Shown here: piece after piece, positions 1 through 8,145 of the stretch
How the letters are laid out: every line of letters starts with the position of its first letter
Position numbering within the stretch: the stretch's first letter is position 1
From: Candidatus Melainabacteria bacterium GWA2_34_9
GTDB taxonomy: Bacteria; Cyanobacteriota; Vampirovibrionia; Gastranaerophilales; UBA9971
DNA: 37,121 nucleotides
Direction: 5' to 3'
NCBI GenBank assembly: GCA_001784535.1
Contig: MFRJ01000046.1
Location: forward strand, 1-37,121
Notes under the pieces: model-generated
What the model saw: only the letters and a program-made list of their open reading frames with translations
Databases searched by the model: none
Told to the model about the DNA's origin: nothing
Translations under genes and position numbers: made by a program

Positions 1-1071
1 TTCCTTTGTAAGAGAAAATCCGACTTTAAAATGAGAAAGCGCCTGTTTATAATCATATTGTCCTGCAAAAATATTTCCAACATCATTTAATGTAAGACTT
101 TGTCCTTTTAAATTTTCTACCTGTCCGTCAAGAGAAAGCGATTCATAATAATGAGTTAACGCAGCATCAGTTTTCCCGAAATCATCGTAAATTGACGCCA
201 TGTTGTAATGAGCCTGAGCCTGAATTTTCTGATTTCCTGTGTTGAAAGCTATGTTTGCAGCTTTATTATAGCTTTGAAGCGCATCTAAAATATCTCCGTT
301 TACATCATGAATATAGGCTTTATCCATATAAAGTCTTGTTTCAACCTCGGTATTTTTGATTTTTTGAGAGAACGGAATAAGTTTTTCGTACACAACTAGT
401 GCTTTATCAAAATTTCCCGAATCGACTATTTTTTCTGTCTTTTTATAAAGTTCTTCCAGTTTAATATCTTCAGGTCGCTGAATCTTCTGAGCATCTGATT
501 TGTCATTCTGATAGCTTTTATTAACTACAGAAGAATCTGACAATTTGGGAATTATAGCTTTATTTGTAAGTTGAATAGATCCTTCGCTTCTCTCAGGATG
601 ACAAATCGGTTTATCTGATTTATAGTCAATTTTTTGTAGTAAAAGGGCGTCTATCCAGTTTTTTACAACACCGGATGGTTTATTAAGTGTTTCTGCAATG
701 TACCCATCAAGAATAGCAGCAGCATTGTTTAAATTTGATTTAATGATTTTTTGAGAAGGATTTTCTTTTACAGATTGAAGTTCTACAAGCTTAAGGTATG
801 ACTCAACTTCGTCATTTACTTCTTTTGAAGCGCCTATGGCCTTCAGGGTGTTCTTAAAATCAACAACAATCTGACTTATATTAACTTTGTCTTTGGAATA
901 ATCAATAGTAGATTTGTATCTGGAAGAAGATTGCTGTTCCTTAAAATCGGCATTATCATGGGGAAGCTGTTTTTGTTCAGCATCAGGGTTCACCTTGTCA
1001 ACAGGTGATTTTTTCTTAATATTTATATTATAAGGATAAAAATTTACGGGATAAATTCCGTTCAAACCCAC
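1..1071 (-). CDS. TPR repeat-containing protein (3' end runs off the window; not in the supplied ORF track)
   Basis: I hand-translated the minus strand in the frame whose codons occupy 1-3, 4-6 and so on. It has no stop from position 1 up to an in-frame stop at 1090-1092 (plus-strand tta). The visible C-terminal part reads ...FDKALVVYEKLIPFSQKIKNTEVETRLYMDKAYIHDVNGDILDALQSYNKAANIAFNTGNQKIQAQAHYNMASIYDDFGKTDAALTHYYESLSLDGQVENLKGQSLTLNDVGNIFAGQYDYKQALSHFKVGFSLTKE, a repeated 34-aa TPR-like pattern. There is no in-frame ATG near the 5' end. GTG at 1069-1071 is preceded by the purine-rich GGAAAGAAGG about 8 nt upstream. TTG at 1063-1065 is an alternative start. Confidence 0.6.
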   Translation of the reverse strand, partial: MGLNGIYPVNFYPYNINIKKKSPVDKVNPDAEQKQLPHDNADFKEQQSSSRYKSTIDYSKDKVNISQIVVDFKNTLKAIGASKEVNDEVESYLKLVELQSVKENPSQKIIKSNLNNAAAILDGYIAETLNKPSGVVKNWIDALLLQKIDYKSDKPICHPERSEGSIQLTNKAIIPKLSDSSVVNKSYQNDKSDAQKIQRPEDIKLEELYKKTEKIVDSGNFDKALVVYEKLIPFSQKIKNTEVETRLYMDKAYIHDVNGDILDALQSYNKAANIAFNTGNQKIQAQAHYNMASIYDDFGKTDAALTHYYESLSLDGQVENLKGQSLTLNDVGNIFAGQYDYKQALSHFKVGFSLTKE

Positions 1072-1210
1072 GGTTTTTGCCTTCTTTCCTTATTCTCTCT
1101 CTGTTTGCGAAGTATAAAAATTCCCCAATATATAATGTATTTATCGTAATAAACAGCAAATAACTTTGTAATCTATTTGGATGATTTTAATGAATTTTTT
1201 TAAAAAATCT

Positions 1211-1242
1211 AAAAAACCCCATCTTTATTAGATGAGGTTTTT
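1211..1242 (-). terminator. Rho-independent terminator downstream of the EF-hand gene
   Basis: The stem is ccccatct (1217-1224) / agatgagg (1230-1237) with 7 of 8 pairs and a loop of ttatt. It is flanked by A6 (1211-1216) and T5 (1238-1242), so a U-run follows the stem on either strand. It lies 19 nt past the stop of the minus-strand gene ending at 1261. Confidence 0.7.
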
Positions 1243-1260
1243 AAAAATTTATAATATTAA

Positions 1261-2040
1261 CTAATAAATACCAAACTGTCTTTGCTGTCCGCCAAATCCA
1301 AAACCGCCCATAAGCATTTGCATTAGCATTTGAATTATTTGCATAAACATATTTTGTGGATTTACAGGAGGTCTTTGCCATACTTTTTCAGGCATTACAA
1401 AATTTTGTTGCGCAGTTGCTATATTCTTTTCATTATATATTTGTTGAAGTGCTGCTTTTGTTGCACTCGGATCTCTTATAATTTCCTGTTCTGCTAATTT
1501 AGCTTCATCTACTGTTACTTTTCCATCTATTTGACCTATAACAGGATGTGGCTCTCCTTCTTTAATTCCATCTTGATAAATTTGCCAAGCAGTAAGCTCT
1601 CCGGCGTCAACTTTTCCGTCACTATTTAAATCAACAGTTTGTCCATATTTAAAGGAATTAGGATTTGGCATTCCAATAATATAAGGATCACTATAAGGAC
1701 TTTTGCTAAGCGCTTTGCCTACACAAAATGAATTAAATTCATCTACAGAAACAGAGCCGTTTTTATTTGTGTCATAACCTTTTAAAGCTTCGGTAGAATA
1801 TGCAATACCTGAGTTTACACTAAGTGCCGGATCAGGAGCTCTAAAATACCTAATATTAGGATCATCATAGCCAGCATTCATGTTTGAATATTGAATATCA
1901 GAATTTTTAAGTTGCCAAAAATTTCCGTTTTTAATTAAATTTGCAACTTGATTACCTGAATTTGCAGCGCTTCCAATATTGGTCTTTTTATCATAAGGTC
2001 CTTTTGATCCATCGATTAAATAATTTTGCCATGCTATCAT
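1261..2040 (-). CDS. EF-hand calcium-binding domain protein with Met/Gln/Gly/Phe-rich C-terminal tail
   Basis: This is ORF track 1261..2115. I prefer the internal ATG at 2038-2040 (MIAWQNY...) because AAAGGAG sits 8 nt upstream of it. The 25 residues before it (MKKQYGVFIYIRNTQYLFCIKGVFG) look like translated AT-rich spacer. Canonical EF-hand loops are present: DTNKNGSVSVDE and DLNSDGKVDAGE, plus a weaker QIDGKVTVDE. Confidence 0.6.
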   Translation of the reverse strand: MIAWQNYLIDGSKGPYDKKTNIGSAANSGNQVANLIKNGNFWQLKNSDIQYSNMNAGYDDPNIRYFRAPDPALSVNSGIAYSTEALKGYDTNKNGSVSVDEFNSFCVGKALSKSPYSDPYIIGMPNPNSFKYGQTVDLNSDGKVDAGELTAWQIYQDGIKEGEPHPVIGQIDGKVTVDEAKLAEQEIIRDPSATKAALQQIYNEKNIATAQQNFVMPEKVWQRPPVNPQNMFMQIIQMLMQMLMGGFGFGGQQRQFGIY

Positions 2041-2222
2041 ACCAAAGACTCCTTTTATACAAAATAAGTATTGTGTGTTTCTTATATATATAAAAACGCC
2101 ATACTGTTTTTTCATGCTATTTTAACGATTTTGGCTTTTACAAAACTTTACAAAAATCATTTTTTTATTTTTCTTTATAGAATAAAGTAAAGATATTTTA
2201 TAAAAATAAGGATTTCTGACTC

Positions 2223-3668
2223 ATGACAAAATTTATAAAGACAAAAATAATAGCAACAATTGGTCCAAGCTCCAGCAGCGATGAAAAAATAACCGAACTT
2301 ATAAAAACAGGAGCAAAGATTTTCAGAATAAATTCTTCTCACGGAACGGCTGAACTTCATAAAGAAAGCATAGAAAAAATCAGACGAATTTCAAAAGAAT
2401 TAAACGAATTTATCGCCATTATTCTTGATCTTCAAGGACCAAAAATCAGAATAGGAAACCTGTCTGAACCTGTAGAACTAAAAAAAGACCAGGAAATCAT
2501 TTTAAAACCTTGCCTGGAGTCTGATGAATCAGGCGTTCTTCCTGTAGATTATCCTGAAATAATAAAAGACGTTAAAAATGACGATCATCTTCTTTTAGAT
2601 GATGGCAAAATTGAGTTTATAATAACAGAAATGTTTCCTGATAAAATAAAAGCTCGAGTTGTAAGAGGCGGTTTGTTAAAATCAAGAAAAGGCTTAAACA
2701 TACCGAATTCGGGTTCAAAAAGCGTTTCCACCGTTACTGAAAGAGACATTGGGTATATAAAATTCGCTGTTACAAACGATATTGACTATATTGCGCTTTC
2801 ATTTGTACGTGATAAAGACGATATAATTGCCGCTAAAAACTATTTAAAGCAATTTAACGGGAATATTCCTATTATTGCCAAGATTGAAAAACCGCAGGCT
2901 GTAGAAAACTTAGAATCCATTATTCATGTTTCTGATGGTGTAATGGTCGCACGGGGTGATCTCGGTATTGAAATTTCACCGGAACTCGTTCCAATAGTGC
3001 AAAAAACAATCATAAATGAAGCTAATATTCACAGAAAACCTGTGATAACTGCAACACAAATGCTTGAATCAATGATTGAACAGCCGCTTCCTACCAGAGC
3101 AGAAGCAAGTGACGTTGCAAATGCAATTATAGACGGCACTGATGCCGTAATGCTTTCAGGAGAAACCGCTGTAGGTCAATATCCAACAGAGGCGGTTGAG
3201 ATGATGGCAAAAATTGCAAATAATGTTGAAACAAGCAATTTAGGTCATTTTAATCAAGTTCCTAAAATTAATGACGATGTTTATGAACTTGATTCTCAGG
3301 CAATTGCTTCCGCTGTTATTAAAATGATTCCTGAAGTTGAAATAGCGGCAATCGTTGCGCTTACGAGAACAGGCTATACTGCAAAACTTTTATCAAAATC
3401 AAAACCAACAATACCTATTATTTCAATATCCGATGATGAAAGAGTTTGCCGGAGATTAAATCTTTTCTGGGGCGTTTACCCTTATAAAATGACGCTTCAT
3501 CCAAATTTTACCGAAGAAATGCTAAAAGAAATTGATTCCATTCTGGTAAAGGAAACTTTTCTTAATTCCGGAGATAAAGTGATTATTGCAGGAGGACTCC
3601 CTTATATTACAGCAGGGAAAACAAACTTCCTGAGGATTCATCAGCTTGGTTCCATAGGTATTATGTAA
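2223..3668 (+). CDS. pyk: pyruvate kinase
   Basis: 481 aa with pyruvate kinase hallmarks: KTKIIATIGPSS, FRINSSHG, DLQGPKIRIG, IIAKIEKPQAV, MVARGDLGIEI, VITATQMLESM, MLSGETAVGQYP. AAGGA lies 10 nt upstream of the ATG. Confidence 0.95.
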   Translation: MTKFIKTKIIATIGPSSSSDEKITELIKTGAKIFRINSSHGTAELHKESIEKIRRISKELNEFIAIILDLQGPKIRIGNLSEPVELKKDQEIILKPCLESDESGVLPVDYPEIIKDVKNDDHLLLDDGKIEFIITEMFPDKIKARVVRGGLLKSRKGLNIPNSGSKSVSTVTERDIGYIKFAVTNDIDYIALSFVRDKDDIIAAKNYLKQFNGNIPIIAKIEKPQAVENLESIIHVSDGVMVARGDLGIEISPELVPIVQKTIINEANIHRKPVITATQMLESMIEQPLPTRAEASDVANAIIDGTDAVMLSGETAVGQYPTEAVEMMAKIANNVETSNLGHFNQVPKINDDVYELDSQAIASAVIKMIPEVEIAAIVALTRTGYTAKLLSKSKPTIPIISISDDERVCRRLNLFWGVYPYKMTLHPNFTEEMLKEIDSILVKETFLNSGDKVIIAGGLPYITAGKTNFLRIHQLGSIGIM

Positions 3669-3943
3669 ATTTTCGCAAAATCAGAAATTCATGTTATTTT
3701 TTTTCAAAAAAGGGTATACAATATAATTGGCAACCCTAATAATTCAAAATGCTCTTTATGTTAGTGCCAAATGTTGGTTAGGACTCCTGATTTCGGAAAA
3801 GTCAAATTTATCAAGTTTTTTGCGTTTTAATAAGAATGAGTTCAAGCCTTCCAGACAGGCAAAGCCGTTCTTCATTCTTTTCACTCCCGCTTAGCAAATA
3901 AATCCGAAAACAAATTTAAATTGAGTATAGAGGTGGAAAAAGG

Positions 3944-4228
3944 ATGCAATATTCAGGCAGATGGTATGACGCTGATCCTAGAGTCAGCCTAGCTGTGAGT
4001 TGTTTGGAAAAAGCAAGTCCGCTTACTCAACGAAGATTGGCACGAGCTATTATCAAAAAAGCAAAAGCAATGGATGTTAACGCAAAAGATCATCACATAG
4101 GGTTCTTTCGAAGATGGTACGATGAAAGCAGAGCTTTAAGCCTTGCTATGGAGTATTTTAGAGTATCTCCTCCTCTTTTGCAGAGAGCAATAGCTGAATA
4201 TTTAATAGCTAAACTTGTAAATAAATAA
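3944..4228 (+). CDS. small hypothetical protein made of two ~40-aa 'RWYD' repeats
   Basis: 94-aa ORF preceded by GAGGTGGAAAAAGG directly upstream of the ATG. There is an internal duplication: GRWYDADPRVSLAVSCLEKASPLTQRRLARAII versus RRWYDESRALSLAMEYFRVSPPLLQRAIAEYLI. The two halves share RWYD, SLA, SP, QR, A and I at equal spacing. It is visibly richer in G+C than its neighbours. I do not recognise a named family. Confidence 0.55.
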   Translation: MQYSGRWYDADPRVSLAVSCLEKASPLTQRRLARAIIKKAKAMDVNAKDHHIGFFRRWYDESRALSLAMEYFRVSPPLLQRAIAEYLIAKLVNK

Positions 4229-4267
4229 GTAGTAAAAAGTTTTTATTTTTCACATAAACAAAATTAT

Positions 4268-4291
4268 TCCCGACTGATAAATCAATCGGGA
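4268..4291. terminator. hairpin between convergent genes (possible terminator)
   Basis: The sequence TCCCGAcTGATaaATCAaTCGGGA forms a 6-bp outer stem (tcccga/tcggga) plus a 3-4 bp inner stem (tgat/atca). It lies between the stop of 3944..4228 (+) and the stop of 4402..6906 (-). On the minus strand it is followed by AATAATTTTGTTT. There is no clean U-run on the plus strand. Confidence 0.35.
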
Positions 4292-4401
4292 TACTTAAGG
4301 AGGGGTATATATCACTTCAAGTGTATATAACGATACTACTTTAAAACTTTCGGTCAAGATAAATTCCGGAAATTGTAACTAAATATGAAGAATAAGCTAA
4401 G

Positions 4402-6906
4402 TTAGATGTGTGCAGTAGCTTTATTTAAACTGCTTACATATTCTTCTATAGTAAAATTCAATTTTTCCCCGAGCATTAAAATAGTAGAAATAAACTTCTT
4501 ATCAGCAACAAGATTATCAGAATTTTTTAAATCCTCTATAAATTGAGGAATTTTGGCGTAAATATTATTAAAATAAAAATTTTGCGCTTCTGAAAAATCA
4601 AGTTTTAAATCAAGTTTATCAAGCATATTTAATACTTTTATAAGTGTTTCAAATTCTTTAACTTCATTGCTATCGGCCAAACTTTCAACTTTGTTTGTAA
4701 TATATTCGCTGTATATCTCTTTAGTCGGTTTAGTATCAAGCTGTATTCCTATTTTATTTGCTTCTTTGCTTATATCAACAGCAGCTTGAAGCAAATCAGG
4801 ACTTTCAATATCTTCCGCATCCTGAATAAAAGAATTGAAAGAATTGCTTAAAGCATATTCAGCAGCAATTTTAAACTCTTCAGGAATTTGAAGATCAAGC
4901 TCGCTTAGCTGCATAATAGGTCCTCTGGCTTCATCATAAAGATTTTTATAGGTACTCGCAAACTGCTCAAGCTTATCTTCAATAAGAATGTTGATAATTT
5001 TACGTCTTTCCTCTATAAACAGGTTTTTAAGAGTAAAATATTCTTTACCAAAATATTCATCGAGCCCTCTAATAACTTCCGTAAGAGGAAGAGTATTGTA
5101 TTTTTCAATCAAATTTTCTTTAATCTTATTATATTCTGTTTTTCCTGCAAATCCTCTGATTACACAATGAAAATCTTCCCCGCCAAAATGCAGCAAAGCA
5201 AAAATCATATCATGCTGTTCAAAAGTAACATTTGAGTTTATTTCAATTCTTCCTATTATAAGTCTTGTATCAGCCTTCTTTGCCTTCTTATAATCAAGCG
5301 CCTTGATGTTATAACAATAAACTTCAGCTTCTTCTTCGTATTCTTCAAAGAGCGAGCTTATTGCCCAGTGGCTTACAACCTGTTTAACACTTACTATTGA
5401 AGGTTTTACATACTTCATGTAAATATCTTTGCCTGAACCGAGTTTTTTAATATTGCTGTGAGCTTCTGAAAGCATTTGAAGAAACTTTGTTTCAAGATCA
5501 ATTTCCTGAAACTCCTCAGCTATCTGCATTGCTCTGGCAGCATATTTAAGAATTTGTACTGTTTCAATACCTGAAATGTCTGCAAAGAACCATCCGCAAC
5601 TTGTATACATAAGCATTGCATGTCTTTGCATTTCAAGGAGCTTTATTACACTTACCATTTCGCTTTGATTAAGTTTTTTTGATGCTTCATGAGCACAAAA
5701 AGCTTCTATTGTTGATTTATTTCTGTCAAGAACTACATCAATGTAGCGATTTCTTGCTTTCCAGGGATCTTTTAAATATTTACCTGCATTTTTTTCATAA
5801 ATTACTATTAATTCATCCCTTAACCAGTCAAGAGCCCTTCTTAGCGGCTTTCTCCATTTTTGATTCCAACCTGGACCTGCACCTGTAGAACAACCGCAGT
5901 CTTCCATCCATCTGCCAACACCATGACTACAGCTCCAAGAAGAAACAGGTTTGATTTCAACTTCCATTACAGGAGGATATTTTTCAAGAAATTCACTATA
6001 GTTAGTTAAAATTAACCCTGCCTGCTCTGCTTTTTTCTTGAGAGCGTAAGAAAGAGCCATATTTCCAAGCATAGTATGATGACCGTAGCTTTCTCCGTCT
6101 GTTGCTATATTTACAAGCTGATCATAATTTCTTGCATAAGAAACGCCATCTTTCATTCTTCCTATAAAAGAATCTCCGTTTGTTAAAAGACTGTCAAAAG
6201 CCACAGACTTTGAAATAGAACCATCATAAAAAAACAAATCTATGTATCTGTCTGTTCCGTCTTTTAAGAAACATCTATATGCCTGCCCCGGATCTATATT
6301 TCCCCAGCTAGCATCTGTCCAAGCGTTTCCATCGGCTTTTATCGGCTTTACTCTTTGAGATTGGAAAGGTGAAAGAACGGTATATTTTATATCACAGTCA
6401 GCCAGTACTTTTAATGTTTCATAATCAATAGCGGTTTCAGCAAGCCAAATACCTTCAGGAAGACGGCCGAATCGATGCTGAAAATCTTTTATACCCCATA
6501 TTGTCTGGGTATATTTATCTTTTTCATTAGATAGAGGCATAATCATGTGATTATAAACCTGCGCAATAGCATTTCCATGCCCTGAATGTGCTTCTGCGCT
6601 GTTTTGATCTGCCTTTATTATTCTTTCATAAGTTTTGGGGGCATTGACTTCAAGCCAAGACAGGAGAGTCGCGCCAAAATTAAAACTTATCAGCTCATAA
6701 TTATTTACTATATCGATAACCTGATTTTTAGAATTAACGATTCTGGAAACCGAGTTTGGAGTGTAGCATTCATGGGCAATTCTGGCATTCCAATCGTGAA
6801 AAGGCAGTGCGCTGTCCTGAAGTTCTATTGATTCCAGCCACGGATTTTCTCTGGGCGGCTGATAAAAATGTCCGTGAATCGCTAAATAATGCTTTTTATC
6901 TGACAT
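4402..6906 (-). CDS. glycoside hydrolase family 57 protein with long C-terminal helical extension (DUF3536-type architecture)
   Basis: 834 aa. The N-terminus HYLAIHGHFYQPPRENPWLE is the classic GH57 start. Other supporting motifs are IWLAETAIDYETL, IATDGESYGHH and CSHGVGRWMEDCGC. GAGG lies 8 nt upstream of the ATG. Confidence 0.9.
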   Translation of the reverse strand: MSDKKHYLAIHGHFYQPPRENPWLESIELQDSALPFHDWNARIAHECYTPNSVSRIVNSKNQVIDIVNNYELISFNFGATLLSWLEVNAPKTYERIIKADQNSAEAHSGHGNAIAQVYNHMIMPLSNEKDKYTQTIWGIKDFQHRFGRLPEGIWLAETAIDYETLKVLADCDIKYTVLSPFQSQRVKPIKADGNAWTDASWGNIDPGQAYRCFLKDGTDRYIDLFFYDGSISKSVAFDSLLTNGDSFIGRMKDGVSYARNYDQLVNIATDGESYGHHTMLGNMALSYALKKKAEQAGLILTNYSEFLEKYPPVMEVEIKPVSSWSCSHGVGRWMEDCGCSTGAGPGWNQKWRKPLRRALDWLRDELIVIYEKNAGKYLKDPWKARNRYIDVVLDRNKSTIEAFCAHEASKKLNQSEMVSVIKLLEMQRHAMLMYTSCGWFFADISGIETVQILKYAARAMQIAEEFQEIDLETKFLQMLSEAHSNIKKLGSGKDIYMKYVKPSIVSVKQVVSHWAISSLFEEYEEEAEVYCYNIKALDYKKAKKADTRLIIGRIEINSNVTFEQHDMIFALLHFGGEDFHCVIRGFAGKTEYNKIKENLIEKYNTLPLTEVIRGLDEYFGKEYFTLKNLFIEERRKIINILIEDKLEQFASTYKNLYDEARGPIMQLSELDLQIPEEFKIAAEYALSNSFNSFIQDAEDIESPDLLQAAVDISKEANKIGIQLDTKPTKEIYSEYITNKVESLADSNEVKEFETLIKVLNMLDKLDLKLDFSEAQNFYFNNIYAKIPQFIEDLKNSDNLVADKKFISTILMLGEKLNFTIEEYVSSLNKATAHI

Positions 6907-7058
6907 GGGTAAGACCTCTAAATTTCATAATTATTATTAATCAACAATTTACTTTAAATGATTTTATATGAAAAGCATTGAAAAGTGGATTTTTTGATAA
7001 TATTTGCTAAAAATTTCCCTTAAGTTAGAATATACCTAACAACAATGGATTTAAAAAA

Positions 7059-8141
7059 ATGAGTGAAAATAAAAATATTTTTGGCGTAATACTGGCAGGA
7101 GGCAGCGGAAGCAGGCTCTGGCCTCTCAGTAGAGAAATGTATCCCAAGCAGTTATTAAAATTAACCGGTGAAAATTCTCTTTTTCAGTCGACTTTTCTGC
7201 GGCTTACGGATGTAATTCCCGCAAAAAACATAATTACCGTGACAAACGATATGCACTTACCTGAAATAAAAATTCAACTTGCAGAACTAGATTCAAATGA
7301 AGAATATAAAGCAATAGGAGAACCCGTTGGAAGAAATACCGCTCCTGCAATAGGGTTGGCGGCTTTACTTATACAAAATAATCTTGCAGAGAAAAATTCC
7401 GATCCTGTCATCTTTGTAACCCCTTCAGATCATCTTATTCAAAATAATGAAGCATTTTTAAATGCTGTCAGAGAAGGAATTAAGCTTGCTGAAGACGGAT
7501 ATATCGTAACTTTTGGGATAAAACCATCAAAACCTGAAACAGGGTATGGTTATATAAAAACTTTTACGGACGAAAAGCTCAGCAATGATGGTTATAAAGT
7601 CGATGAATTCAAAGAAAAACCGGACTTTGAAACTGCAAAAAAATATCTGGAAGCCGGAAATTATTTCTGGAACAGTGGCATATTTATGTTTAAAGCTTCA
7701 ACAATTCTAAAGGAAATGCAAATTCATTCTCCTGATGTGTTTACTGGCTTAAATAAACTCGATTTAACTAAAGATTTTATCGAAAAAGAAGTTTATATAT
7801 CCATACCGTCAATATCCATAGATTATGCTGTCATGGAAAAATCCGATAAAATTGCGCTTATTCCTGTTGACTGCGGATGGAATGACCTTGGGTCATGGGA
7901 ATCAATTTATGATGTCATGGACAAAGACGCTAATCAAAACTACATAAAAGGAAATGTAATATCAATAGATACTCAAGATTCTTATATTTACAGTTCCTCA
8001 AAACTTATTTCAACAATAGGGGTGAAAAATTTAGTCATAATAGAAACTGAAGATGCTATTCTGATTTGTGATAAATCAAGAACACAGGATGTTAAAATTA
8101 TTTTTGATAAGCTAAAAAAAGAAAACGCAAAAGAAATTTGA
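7059..8141 (+). CDS. mannose-1-phosphate guanylyltransferase (nucleotidyltransferase domain only, no C-terminal cupin/PMI domain)
   Basis: 360 aa with FGVILAGGSGSRLWPLSREMYPKQLL, EPVGRNTAPAI, GYGYI, FKEKPD, YFWNSGIFMF, SIDYAVMEK and WNDLGSWES. These are typical of the ManC/CpsB N-terminal half. Confidence 0.85.
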   Translation: MSENKNIFGVILAGGSGSRLWPLSREMYPKQLLKLTGENSLFQSTFLRLTDVIPAKNIITVTNDMHLPEIKIQLAELDSNEEYKAIGEPVGRNTAPAIGLAALLIQNNLAEKNSDPVIFVTPSDHLIQNNEAFLNAVREGIKLAEDGYIVTFGIKPSKPETGYGYIKTFTDEKLSNDGYKVDEFKEKPDFETAKKYLEAGNYFWNSGIFMFKASTILKEMQIHSPDVFTGLNKLDLTKDFIEKEVYISIPSISIDYAVMEKSDKIALIPVDCGWNDLGSWESIYDVMDKDANQNYIKGNVISIDTQDSYIYSSSKLISTIGVKNLVIIETEDAILICDKSRTQDVKIIFDKLKKENAKEI

Positions 8142-8145
8142 ACCC

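Noticed and set aside
2041-2115. The N-terminal 25 codons of ORF 1261..2115 (MKKQYGVFIYIRNTQYLFCIKGVFG).
   Set aside because: A strong AAAGGAG SD sits 8 nt upstream of the internal ATG at 2040. The extension has the Phe/Ile/Tyr/Lys-rich composition expected from translating AT-rich spacer and has no SD of its own.
2175-2360. A 61-aa minus-strand ORF overlapping the pyk start.
   Set aside because: It is antisense to the well-supported pyruvate kinase gene, has a Cys/Phe/Tyr-rich low-complexity translation, and has no SD.
4297-4305. A strong SD-like AAGGAGGGG in the spacer after the RWYD ORF, suggesting a hidden small ORF.
   Set aside because: There is no ATG, GTG or TTG within 4-12 nt downstream. 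The following frames hit stops quickly.
4988-6971. Four plus-strand ORFs (4988..5170, 5679..5888, 6586..6831, 6756..6971) inside or overlapping the GH57 gene.
   Set aside because: All are antisense to a highly recognisable 834-aa GH57 gene. They are short, have no motifs, and show Leu/Ser/Phe-rich antisense composition.
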